DNA from: Nitrosopumilus sp.
GTDB taxonomy: Bacteria > Desulfobacterota > Binatia > UBA1149 > SPBQ01
Reading direction: 5' to 3'
Assembly: GCA_964225545.1 (NCBI GenBank)
Contig: CAXQPB010000198.1
Coordinates: 39,452-103,451 of the forward strand
Length of the DNA stretch: 64,000 nucleotides
This document shows, one piece after another, positions 48,971 to 57,911 of the stretch; within the stretch, counting starts at the first letter, position 1; every line of letters begins with the position of its first letter. The translations under genes and the position numbers were made by a program. The notes beneath the pieces were generated by a model, which made no database searches, was not told the DNA's origin, and saw nothing but the letters and a program-made list of their open reading frames with translations.

Positions 48971-50424
48971 TCGCGTATGCGGTCCTCGACGTAGGCGAAG
49001 AACGGGTTGTGGCGAAGGCGCATCGCGAGATCGAGAGGGATGCTCGCCACGCCGCGCTCGCCGCGCAGGTCGAGTGAGCCGATCGGCGGGAACGGCCGCA
49101 CGGCGCTGCGGTCGCGGTGGGCGCCGTAGACCGGATCGTCGGGCGGGAAGGGGACGGCGACATGGGAGAGCGAATAGACCGCCTGCGGCCACGCCAGGTC
49201 GAGTGGTTGTTCCGTCCACTCGGTGCTCCCGGCTGCGCGTCTTTGCGCGACCACTTCGGCGCTGTCCGGTGCCGTGTTCGTGACCAGAGTGAAGGCGTAA
49301 TCGGCCTCGGTGCTCGACACGATGCCTTCGAGATAGGCGAGGTTGCCGGCGCGGATGAAATCGATGGCTTCGGTCCTGCGGTTGATGTCGAACAGGACCA
49401 CCTCCGAGCCGTTGCGACCGAGGTTCTCCACCAGCCGGACCACTGAGTCGGGCGGCACGGTGGCATCGACAACGGAGCCGAAAGAGAGCAGCGGCGGGAA
49501 TCGAGTTCGCTGCTCGACGCTCAGCCGTTCGAGGCGCGTACGAATCTTCCCGGTCAGCCGGTAGATCTGCCGGCCGGCGTTGACCGGAAACGAGTTGTAC
49601 TTGTACGGATCGTATTCGGGCAGGATGTCGATCCATGCCAGCTTCTCCAGGCCCGGTATGGCCGCCATCCACAGCTGCACGCGCGCCAGCGCCGCGAGCG
49701 GCGATACCGTCAGGGCCGGCGAGAGCAGGATGAGCCGGTCGGGGATGCGTCCTCGCCCGTGGTCGATCACGCGCAGGCTGTGATCGACGGCGAGCGCGGC
49801 GCCGTTGGAGTAACCGGCGATGAAAAATCGGGCGGAATCGCCTGCGGCGTTCTCGCTGACCTCGACGACGTGTTCGGCGGCCAGCCGGCCGGTCTCGCGC
49901 CCGTCCCGGACGTCGATCTCGGTCAGCGCGCCCGGCATCGTCCCGTGGCCGGGGACGCGCAGACCGACGACGTAGTAGCCCTGGTCGACGAGGATCTGCC
50001 CGACGGATCGCAGCGAATACGGCGAATCGCTCAGCCCGTGGAGCAGCAGCGCGCCGCCGCGGATCTCCTCCGGTCGCAGGATGTACGTGCGGTTCCAGTT
50101 GCGGGCGCGACCGCGCGGGCTTGATCGGCTGCCCGGGCTGAAGCGATCAAAGACTGCCGCGAGACCGCTGCGTGCATTCTCCTGCTCGAGAGCGGCCAGC
50201 TCCTCGAACAGCCCGTTTTCGTAATCGAGGTAGCTTTCGAAGTCGGCGTCGGAGTCGTCGGCGTCGAACTCGAAGGGCAGCGCGTCGCTGTGCCAGAACT
50301 TGACGTCCGGCATGCCACGGGCCTGGAGGATGTGGGTCGTCAGGAGCGTCACGCTGCCGCCGAAGACCGTGGCGAGGATCAGCCGTCCGACGGATCTCAG
50401 TGCACGGCTTGCCGTCTCGCGCAT
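48958..50424 (-). CDS. Membrane-anchored alpha/beta hydrolase
   Basis: 488 aa. N-terminal TM. GYSNGA nucleophile elbow (GxSxG). Confidence 0.6.
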   Translation of the reverse strand: MRETASRALRSVGRLILATVFGGSVTLLTTHILQARGMPDVKFWHSDALPFEFDADDSDADFESYLDYENGLFEELAALEQENARSGLAAVFDRFSPGSRSSPRGRARNWNRTYILRPEEIRGGALLLHGLSDSPYSLRSVGQILVDQGYYVVGLRVPGHGTMPGALTEIDVRDGRETGRLAAEHVVEVSENAAGDSARFFIAGYSNGAALAVDHSLRVIDHGRGRIPDRLILLSPALTVSPLAALARVQLWMAAIPGLEKLAWIDILPEYDPYKYNSFPVNAGRQIYRLTGKIRTRLERLSVEQRTRFPPLLSFGSVVDATVPPDSVVRLVENLGRNGSEVVLFDINRRTEAIDFIRAGNLAYLEGIVSSTEADYAFTLVTNTAPDSAEVVAQRRAAGSTEWTEQPLDLAWPQAVYSLSHVAVPFPPDDPVYGAHRDRSAVRPFPPIGSLDLRGERGVASIPLDLAMRLRHNPFFAYVEDRIREAAR

Positions 50425-50433
50425 CGCCGTACG

Positions 50434-51495
50434 TCAGGCGGTCGCGGCGACCGCCGAGAGTCGCTGCTCGGCTTCGTCGGCGATTCGCGCGACGAGCTCC
50501 GCGCAGCTGGGCAGGTCATCGATCACGCCGGTGACCTGGCCGCTCGGCAGCACGCCTTCGGATGGATGCCCCTCGACCATCGCGCGCTGGATGAAGATCG
50601 GAGAGTTCGCCGCCATCAGCGTCTGCGTGCGCGTCAGCCTCTCGTTGCGTTGCATCGAGATTGCCGCGCCGAGCAGCTCGGAGATCGTAGCGCCGCTCAT
50701 ACGGCGGTATTCCAGCCCGCTCATCAGCGCGCGCCACAGCCGTGTCAGCGGGTTCCCCGTCTCGAGCTTGCGCAGGAACTCGTTGACAACCACGCGGTGG
50801 GGGAGTCCGTCGACTTCCTCGGTCACCCGCGTGTCGAGCACCGAGGCCTGCAGGTAGCGCTCGAGGGTCGGGCGGGGGACCGGGCTGTCCGAGGTCAGCA
50901 GGAAGCGAGTGCCCATGGCGATACCCGCGGCGCCCCAGGTGATCGCAGCCGCCAACCCGCGTCCATCGTGGAAACCGCCCGCTGCGGCCACCGGCACGTC
51001 GACCGCATCGAGGACCTGCGGCAAAAGCAACGAAGTCGGGACCGAGCCCGTGTGTCCTCCGCCTTCGCCGCCCTGACAGACGATCATGTCCGCGCCGAGC
51101 TCGACGGCTTTGACCGCATGCTTCACCTGGCCGACGGTCGGCACGCACAGCACGCCCGCGGCCTTGAACTTCTCGACGTAGCTCTTCTTCGGCGAGCGGC
51201 TGTAGCTGGCTGCCTTCACGCCGTAACGGACGACGAGGTCGGCGATGTCGTCGGCGCCGGGCTGCTCCATCAGGAAGTTGACGCCGAAGGGGCGGTCGGT
51301 CAGTTCCTTGACGCGAACGATCGCGCGCTCGGCCTCCGCGGGACGCAGGACCGCACAGGCGAGAAAGCCCATCGCTCCCGCGTTGGCGGTGGCGGCGACC
51401 AGCTCCGGTGTCGCGACCCATCCCATCGCCGTCTGGATGATCGGGTAGCGGACTCCGAAACGCTCACTGAGTTCGGTCTGCAGGGCAGGGTGCAT
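50434..51495 (-). CDS. Nitronate monooxygenase (NMO) / enoyl-reductase family FMN TIM-barrel protein (IpdC-like by context)
   Basis: 353 aa. YPIIQTAMGWVATPELVAA N-terminus typical of the NMO family. Gly-rich FMN-binding block GGEGGGHTG. Confidence 0.75.
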   Translation of the reverse strand: MHPALQTELSERFGVRYPIIQTAMGWVATPELVAATANAGAMGFLACAVLRPAEAERAIVRVKELTDRPFGVNFLMEQPGADDIADLVVRYGVKAASYSRSPKKSYVEKFKAAGVLCVPTVGQVKHAVKAVELGADMIVCQGGEGGGHTGSVPTSLLLPQVLDAVDVPVAAAGGFHDGRGLAAAITWGAAGIAMGTRFLLTSDSPVPRPTLERYLQASVLDTRVTEEVDGLPHRVVVNEFLRKLETGNPLTRLWRALMSGLEYRRMSGATISELLGAAISMQRNERLTRTQTLMAANSPIFIQRAMVEGHPSEGVLPSGQVTGVIDDLPSCAELVARIADEAEQRLSAVAATA

Positions 51496-51513
51496 ACGCG
51501 CGTCCGCTCCTGT

Positions 51514-52287
51514 TCAGCGCGCGGCGAACACCGAAGCGCGCTGGTCGTGCGGGTCGAGTACGCCGCGGATGATCTCCAGCTGTTCAGCCGTCGGCGCCGG
51601 CGTCTCGCCGCAGTCTTCGGCGACCGCGAGCTCGAAGCCGGTGTTCTCGCGGACCTCCTCGAGCGTCGTCCCCGGGTGGACCGAGACAACGCGCATCGTG
51701 TGGTCCGGTCCGCCGAAATCGAGCACCGCCAGGTTCGATATGACCCGGCGCAGCTCCATCAGGTCGCTGCGCACGCCCTTGGGCCATCGCGCGGCCTCGT
51801 AGCCGACGCCTGAGGACATATCGACTTTGCCGACGAACGTCCGCGCCGTGTGCGAAGGCACGAAGAAGCTGCACGGATGGTTGATCGTATTGCCGGGGAT
51901 GCCGCGTACGCCGAGCAACTGGACCTTGGGTTTCGCGTGGTCGCCGATCACGCTGATGTTCGAACTGCCGAAGCGGTCAATCTGCGTCGGCATCGTCATC
52001 GCATGACGTTTGCCGCTCCAGAGCAGGTCGAACACTCTGCGGAACGGCAGCCACCCCTCGATCTTGAGCGCGTCGTCTCCGCGCGGGCCGACCGGGATCG
52101 GCTCTGAGACCAGCCGACACTCACCGTCGTTGAGCAGCAGGTCGGGGCTGAAGCTCAGCCGCGCCAGGCCTGCACCCAGGCGTGGGATCAGCCCCATGCC
52201 CGACGCGAGGATCTCACCGTCGCCGCGCCACGCCTCGGCGCACGCGGCGATACAGAGTTCAGCGTGTGTGTAGTGACCGTGATCCAT
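51514..52287 (-). CDS. CoA-transferase family I subunit B (IpdB-like)
   Basis: 257 aa. Sequence pattern of the 3-oxoacid/glutaconate CoA-transferase beta subunit. Start overlaps the subunit A stop by 1 nt (TGATG). Confidence 0.7.
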   Translation of the reverse strand: MDHGHYTHAELCIAACAEAWRGDGEILASGMGLIPRLGAGLARLSFSPDLLLNDGECRLVSEPIPVGPRGDDALKIEGWLPFRRVFDLLWSGKRHAMTMPTQIDRFGSSNISVIGDHAKPKVQLLGVRGIPGNTINHPCSFFVPSHTARTFVGKVDMSSGVGYEAARWPKGVRSDLMELRRVISNLAVLDFGGPDHTMRVVSVHPGTTLEEVRENTGFELAVAEDCGETPAPTAEQLEIIRGVLDPHDQRASVFAAR

Positions 52288-53153
52288 CAGAACACCGGTG
52301 CCGGGAGTGCGGAGATGCGGTCACCGCCGCCGACCGCGTCGAGATACGCGGTCTCGTCGACGTCCACATACTCTTTCCAGTACGCGGCACGCGCCTCGTC
52401 GTCCTTCGCCGCTGCCGAGTACGTCTTCAGGTGATCGAGGTCGATGCCGTATGCAGGAACACAGGCGGTCGGATGCGCGCCGAACGGAGTCTCGACCACG
52501 CCGTCGGTCAGCGTGCGGTTGAGGACGAGCGACTGCAGCGGGCCGAGCCGTGTGAGCTCTTCGGTTTCGACGATGCGCTCGCAGCTTACGAAACGCTTTT
52601 TCGCGGCCCCGCAGAACAGATCGTCGAAGTACGGGTCGGGGCCGAGGATCTGACCGTTACCGCGCTCGTCGGCATGATCGACGTGGACGAGCGCCGCGTC
52701 GAGCTCGAGCGCCGGCATGGCGAGCAACACCTCGCCGTCCTCATACGGAGACGTGACGGTGCGGATCTCCGGGTTGAGCTGCTGCACGTCGCAGCCGAGC
52801 CCGGCCCGGGTCGGCAGGAACGGCAGCCGGATCATCGCTGCGCGCAGACCCCACTGCAGCATTCCCTCGTCGATCTCCATGACCTCGAGCCGGCCGGCCT
52901 GCCGCGCCGCCCTGAAGTGGGCATCGAGCGGGATCAGGTCGAGGGAGACGAAGCCGAACACCAGCTTGCGCACTTTGCCGGCCGCGCACAGCAGGCCGAC
53001 ATCGGGGCCACCGTACGAGACCAGTGTGAGGTCCTTCAGGGACGATCGCGCGATCTCCCGAATCAGGGCCATCGGCTTGCGGCGTGCGCCCCAACCGCCG
53101 ATGCCGAGAGTCATGCCGTCGGCGAGTTGGCCGACGACGTCGGCTGCTGTCAT
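52287..53153 (-). CDS. CoA-transferase family I subunit A (IpdA-like)
   Basis: Start MTAADVVGQLADGMTLGIGGWG (CoA-transferase alpha N-terminus). 288 aa. The longer ORF to 53495 is a spurious extension. Confidence 0.7.
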   Translation of the reverse strand: MTAADVVGQLADGMTLGIGGWGARRKPMALIREIARSSLKDLTLVSYGGPDVGLLCAAGKVRKLVFGFVSLDLIPLDAHFRAARQAGRLEVMEIDEGMLQWGLRAAMIRLPFLPTRAGLGCDVQQLNPEIRTVTSPYEDGEVLLAMPALELDAALVHVDHADERGNGQILGPDPYFDDLFCGAAKKRFVSCERIVETEELTRLGPLQSLVLNRTLTDGVVETPFGAHPTACVPAYGIDLDHLKTYSAAAKDDEARAAYWKEYVDVDETAYLDAVGGGDRISALPAPVF

Positions 53154-53233
53154 GCGTTTGTTCACCCGATGGAACCCTTCCGGATCGACCGACACTCCGG
53201 CTGTACATCGGAGCGGGAGCGCGATCGCAGCAG

Positions 53234-53300
53234 TGGAACGCGTTCTATTAGCAAGGCGCGGGGCTTTGGTAAAGCCGGTGCCGCGCGGCGTGCGGCTGTC
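53234..53300 (-). promoter_or_regulatory. Copy A of the repeated element with KstR-type palindrome TGGAACGCGTTCTA (53234..53247), upstream of the IpdA-like gene
   Basis: About 75% identical to copy B over about 65 nt. GAACGCGTTC is a perfect 10-bp palindrome. On the coding strand it gives TTTACC-N17-TAATAG. Confidence 0.4.
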
Positions 53301-53493
53301 GGCAGCGAGTAGACCGGCGGAAACCGTCTTCGGATCCACCGCAGGCGGCGATCGTGAGGCCGTGTCGTCATTTCGCGTTTGCGCGACTCCTGCTAAGACC
53401 CGTGGCGGTGTCTCATCAAGTTCTGCTCTCGAACTTCGAGAAAGCAGCCGACGCCGTTGCAGCGCGCGACGGCGACCGGACGGGAAGCACGGC

Positions 53494-53700
53494 ATGACAG
53501 GCTCACGGGTTTTGCGTCGATCTGAACACGGAATGATCGCAGGCGTCTGCGCGGGGATCGCCGAGTACCTCGGCTGGCCGCCATCTCGTGTGCGCCTGGT
53601 TTACGTCGTGGTTTCGCTGGCAAGCGTGGCCTTCCCCGGCATGCTCGTGTACTGCGTGCTCTGGTTTCTGATGCCCGGGCCGTACGACCAGCGCGGCTGA
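53494..53700 (+). CDS. PspC-domain small membrane protein
   Basis: 68 aa. MIAGVCAGIAEYLGWPPSRVRLVYVVVSL matches the PspC-domain consensus, followed by a TM helix. Confidence 0.65.
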   Translation: MTGSRVLRRSEHGMIAGVCAGIAEYLGWPPSRVRLVYVVVSLASVAFPGMLVYCVLWFLMPGPYDQRG

Positions 53701-53740
53701 AGTCGTCGGTCTTGCCCGACCCGACCGTGAGGAGCATGAA

Positions 53741-54490
53741 ATGAAACGATTCGCCGACAGAGCCGCGCTTGTCACCGGAGCCGCCTCGGGTATCGGCCGC
53801 GCCACGGCCGAGCGACTCTGCGAGGAGGGGGCGCGGGTACTGTGCACCGATGTCGACGCGGCCGGCCTCGAAGAAACCGTTGCTGCAATCACCTCGGCCG
53901 GCGGCGCAGCGGTCGCGCGTGTGAGCGACGTCTCCGACCCGGAGCACTGCACGCATGCCGTCGCCGATTGTCGTGCGCGGTTCGGACGGCTTGACGTTCT
54001 GTGCAACGTCGCCGGCATCCTCCACTGGGACAACACGCACGAGCTCGAGCTCGACGTCTGGGAGAGGGTTCTGCGGGTGAATCTCACCGGTACGTTCCTG
54101 ATGTGCAGGGAGGCGCTGCCGGCGCTGCTCGATTCAAAGGGCTGTATCGTCAACGTCTCGTCGACGTCGGCGCTGGCCGGCATTCCGTGGACGGCGGCCT
54201 ACGCGTCGTCGAAGGGTGGTGTCCTGGCTCTGACGCGCACGCTCGCGATCGAGTACGGAAAGCGTGGTGTGCGCGCCAACGCGGTGTGTCCGGGCTCGAT
54301 CGACACGCCGATGACCGGTCAGGCAAGCTTCCCCGAGGACGCGGATCTGAAGCTGCTGCGTCGGGCGATGGCGCTGGACCGGCCGCGCGGTCCGGAGACG
54401 GTCGCCTCGGTCATCGCGATGCTGGCGTCGGAGGACGGCGCGCACATCAACGGCGAGTCGATCCGCGTAGACGGCGCGACGCTCTCCTGA
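53741..54490 (+). CDS. Short-chain dehydrogenase/reductase (SDR)
   Basis: 249 aa. TGAASGIGRA, NVAG, YASSK motifs. Confidence 0.8.
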   Translation: MKRFADRAALVTGAASGIGRATAERLCEEGARVLCTDVDAAGLEETVAAITSAGGAAVARVSDVSDPEHCTHAVADCRARFGRLDVLCNVAGILHWDNTHELELDVWERVLRVNLTGTFLMCREALPALLDSKGCIVNVSSTSALAGIPWTAAYASSKGGVLALTRTLAIEYGKRGVRANAVCPGSIDTPMTGQASFPEDADLKLLRRAMALDRPRGPETVASVIAMLASEDGAHINGESIRVDGATLS

Positions 54491-54548
54491 TCGCGCGCCC
54501 GCGCTGCTGCACTCGCACGCCGCGGCTCGGGCGAGCTCGAACCGCGAA

Positions 54549-55847
54549 TCAGTCCAGGCGCTCGATCACTGTCGAGATTCCCATCCCGGCGCCGATACAC
54601 TGCGTCGCCAGACCGTAGCGCAGGTTCGATCGCCTGAGTTCTTTCGCGACCGTCACCACCAGACGTGCGCCCGTTGCTCCGAGCGGATGACCGATGGCCA
54701 GTGAGCCGCCGTTCACGTTCACGCGATCGAGCGGAATTCCGAGCTCGCGCACCGAGGGGATCACCTGAGCGGCGAACGCCTCGTTGAACTCGACGCGGTC
54801 GATCTGCTCGGCGGTGATGCCGGCCTGTGCCATCGCTTTCTTCGACGAGACCACCGGGCCCAGCCCCATGACCTGCGGTTTGACGCCGCCCACGGCCATC
54901 CCGACGATCCGTGCGAGCGGCTCGACGCCGCACGCCGCTGCCCGCTCTTCGCTCATCAGCAGCGCGGCGGAGACGCCGTCGTTGGTAGGGCAGGAGTTGC
55001 CGGCTGTGATCACGACCTCGCGGTCGGCGAAGCTCTTCAGCCCGCGAAGCGTCGGCAGGCCCGCCAGCGACTCGGCTGTGGTGCCCGGGCGCGTGCACTC
55101 ATCGTAGTCGAAGACGACCTTCTCGCCGCGCTCGTCTTCGAGCCAGTTTCTCTCGTCATCAAACACCGGCAGCTCGACCTCGAGCGGGATGATCTCGTCT
55201 TTGTAGATACCGGCCTCGTGGGCTGCGTGCGTGCGCCGGTGGCTCTCGGCCGAGTAGGCGTCGAGTTCCTCGCGGCTGAGGTCGTAGCACTCCGCGACGT
55301 TCTGCGCGGTCTGTGGCATCGGCTGGATCCACGGTGACTTGCGGATGTATTCGGGAAACTCGACGCTGAAGTAGTCGCTGTGGTCCGGCGCGTGCGCGAT
55401 CTGCGCGTCGGTCATCTCCGCGATGCGATCGGTGAGCTGCGTGATGCGATTGCGGGCGCCGCCTCCGCCGATGGTTCGGCCCATGCGCTCGATTCCCATC
55501 GCGGCACCGCACTCGATCTGACCGACCATGATGCTGGTTGCCACGCGGTGAAGCGTCTCCATGCTCGAGCCGCACTGACGGTTGCTGTGGAACGAACACG
55601 ACTCCATCGGCAGCCCTGCGAGTCGTTGCACGGTGCCGATGTAGCTGAACTCGCTGGCGGCGCCGGCGACGTTGCCGGTGCCGACGTCCTCGATCATCGC
55701 GTCGGCGATCTTCGGCTGGCGATCGAGCAGTGCTCGCAGCACTTTGGCGCCCGCCTCATCGAGCCGGGTGGCGACGAGACTTCCGCGAGCGCCGCGGGCA
55801 AAGGCCGAGCGCGCACCATCAACGAGGACTGCATTCTTCAGCTGCAT
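54549..55847 (-). CDS. Thiolase (3-ketoacyl-CoA thiolase, FadA-like)
   Basis: Start MQLKNAVLVDG with AGGAGA RBS. 432 aa. Thiolase C-terminal GLATQCIGAGMGIS. Confidence 0.8.
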   Translation of the reverse strand: MQLKNAVLVDGARSAFARGARGSLVATRLDEAGAKVLRALLDRQPKIADAMIEDVGTGNVAGAASEFSYIGTVQRLAGLPMESCSFHSNRQCGSSMETLHRVATSIMVGQIECGAAMGIERMGRTIGGGGARNRITQLTDRIAEMTDAQIAHAPDHSDYFSVEFPEYIRKSPWIQPMPQTAQNVAECYDLSREELDAYSAESHRRTHAAHEAGIYKDEIIPLEVELPVFDDERNWLEDERGEKVVFDYDECTRPGTTAESLAGLPTLRGLKSFADREVVITAGNSCPTNDGVSAALLMSEERAAACGVEPLARIVGMAVGGVKPQVMGLGPVVSSKKAMAQAGITAEQIDRVEFNEAFAAQVIPSVRELGIPLDRVNVNGGSLAIGHPLGATGARLVVTVAKELRRSNLRYGLATQCIGAGMGISTVIERLD

Positions 55848-55954
55848 GACGATTTCTCCTGACCGGCCGATCGGCGGTCGTTGCGGTGGGCGAGAGATAC
55901 TATCACGCATCGGCCGGGACAAGCCTGCGACGCTGCGCTACGCTCCGGGCCCCT

Positions 55955-57484
55955 ATGCTGAACGAGATCGTGCGAACCCGCCCTGATGAGACGGCGCTGA
56001 TTGACGGGAATACGACCCGGACGTGGGGCGAGCTCATCGACCGCTGCGTTCGCACCGCGTCGCTGATCGAAGAGGCCGGTGTCGGCCCGAACGGGCACAT
56101 CGCGGTCCTGATGGGCAACCGGGCCGAGTATGTCGAGATCATCCTCGGAGCGGTGCTCGCCGGCGTATGGATCACTCCGATCAACCGCCACCTGCAGGCC
56201 GAAGAGATCGCCTATATTCTGCGCGACTCCGCCGCGAGCCTGGTCTTCGTCGATGCCGAGCGCGCCGCTCTCGCCGAGTCGAGCGATGCGGCGCTCGTCG
56301 AGGTCGGACCGCAGTTCGAGGCCACGCTCGGCGATATCGGCGAGCGCCGACTGGCCGACGAACGCCTCGCGCGTCCTGCCGGCGCGACCAGGATTTACAC
56401 GAGCGGCACCTCCGGCCGGCCCAAGGGGGTGCAGCGTGCCCGCCGTGCCACCGCCGGCGAGGCTCTCGACGGCTTTGTCGCGGCCGGGCGTCCTCTCGGC
56501 ATGGACGGCCGCGGGCCCCACCTTGTCACCGGGCCGATGTATCACGCAGCGCCGCTGCTGTTCGCGATCTACGACCTGGCAGCGGGCGCACCGATGGTGA
56601 TCATGCGGCGCTGGGATGAGCGCCGTTTCCTCGAACTGGTTGCGGAGCACGATGTTCGCCACACCCACCTCGTGCCGACGATGTTCGTCCGGTTGCTGCG
56701 CCTGCTCGAGGAGACGCCGCAGCCGGCCGCCCCGTCCTCGCTGGAGATGGTGCTGCATGGCGCTGCTCCGGTCTCCGTGGATGTGAAGCGGCGCATGATC
56801 GAATGGTGGGGGCCGGTGCTGCGCGAGTACTGGGGGGCGACCGAGGGCGGCTACTGCACTCTGGTCGATTCCGCCGCGTGGCTTGACCACCCCGGCACCG
56901 TCGGCCGCGCAGTGGCGAGCTGGGAGGTTTATGCGACCGGTGATGACGGCGCGCGCCTGCCACCCGGGGAGGAGGGACTGCTTTTCGCGCGCAACGGCGC
57001 GCTGGCGCGCCCCTTCGAATACCACGGCGACCCCGAGAAGACCGCGGCCGCGTATCGTCAGGACGGCGCGTTCACGACCGGCGATGTCGGACGCGTGGAA
57101 GCCGACGGTCATGTGTATCTGACCGATCGCGAGTCGAACATGATCATCTCCGGCGGCGTGAACATTTACCCCGCTGAGATCGAGCAGGTGCTCGCCGAAC
57201 ATCCCGCGGTCGCCGACGTCGCGGTCTTCGGCGTGCCCGATGACGAGTGGGGAGAAGCGGTCAAGGCGGCCGTCGAGCCGCGCGCCGGCAGAGCACCGGT
57301 TGATGATTCCGCCGCTGAGGCGCTGGCAGGCGAGCTGATTGAGTACGTCCGCGAACGTCTGGCCGGCTACAAGGTTCCGCGCTCGATTGACTTCGAGGAA
57401 CAGCTGCCCCGGCACCCGACCGGCAAGCTGTACACGCGGCTGCTGCGCGAACGGTACTGGAAAGGGAAGACTCGGAGGATCTGA
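55955..57484 (+). CDS. AMP-dependent acyl-CoA synthetase/ligase
   Basis: AMP-binding motif IYTSGTSGRPKGV. C-terminal ...GKLYTRLLRE. Divergent from the thiolase gene. Confidence 0.8.
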   Translation: MLNEIVRTRPDETALIDGNTTRTWGELIDRCVRTASLIEEAGVGPNGHIAVLMGNRAEYVEIILGAVLAGVWITPINRHLQAEEIAYILRDSAASLVFVDAERAALAESSDAALVEVGPQFEATLGDIGERRLADERLARPAGATRIYTSGTSGRPKGVQRARRATAGEALDGFVAAGRPLGMDGRGPHLVTGPMYHAAPLLFAIYDLAAGAPMVIMRRWDERRFLELVAEHDVRHTHLVPTMFVRLLRLLEETPQPAAPSSLEMVLHGAAPVSVDVKRRMIEWWGPVLREYWGATEGGYCTLVDSAAWLDHPGTVGRAVASWEVYATGDDGARLPPGEEGLLFARNGALARPFEYHGDPEKTAAAYRQDGAFTTGDVGRVEADGHVYLTDRESNMIISGGVNIYPAEIEQVLAEHPAVADVAVFGVPDDEWGEAVKAAVEPRAGRAPVDDSAAEALAGELIEYVRERLAGYKVPRSIDFEEQLPRHPTGKLYTRLLRERYWKGKTRRI

Positions 57485-57486
57485 GG

Positions 57487-57902
57487 ATGAAGATCGGGCT
57501 GACCGTGTTCGCCACCGATCGATCGGTGTCATCGAGCTCGCCCGCGAGGCCGAGTCAAGCGGCTTCCACTCGCTGTATCTGCCCGAGCACACCCACATCC
57601 CGACATCGCGACGGACGCCCGCGCCGACCGGCGACCCCGAGCTTCCCGAACAGTACGGTCGCACCGTCGACCCCATCGTCGCGCTGGCGGCCGCCGCGGC
57701 GTTGCCGGCGCTGCGTGAAGCCCTCGAGGATGCCGGCCGCGACCCGGCCGAGGTGAAGGTCGTACCGTTCGGAACGCTGCCCGATGCGGGCAAGCTCGCC
57801 TACTACGGACAGCTCGGAATTGAAGAGGTCGTTCTCAATGTGCCGTCGGCGCCGGCGGACACGGTGTTGCCGTTGCTCGACCGATACGCGGCGTTCCTGT
57901 AG
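57487..57902 (+). pseudogene. Degraded LLM/F420-type oxidoreductase remnant (frameshifted, internally deleted)
   Basis: N-terminus MKIGLTVFATDRS in one frame continues after a frameshift near 57520 as IGVIELAREAESSGFHSLYLPEHTHIP (LLM N-terminal signature). It then joins an LLM C-terminal-like tail. Total is about 140 aa, too short for a TIM barrel. Confidence 0.5.
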
Positions 57903-57911
57903 GCAGTTCGC

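Noticed and set aside
48105-49472. 455-aa ORF treated as one gene
   Set aside because: Its N-terminal 200 aa overlap the alpha/beta hydrolase gene (48958..50424) in another frame and have no domain signature. The crotonase domain begins near 48853.
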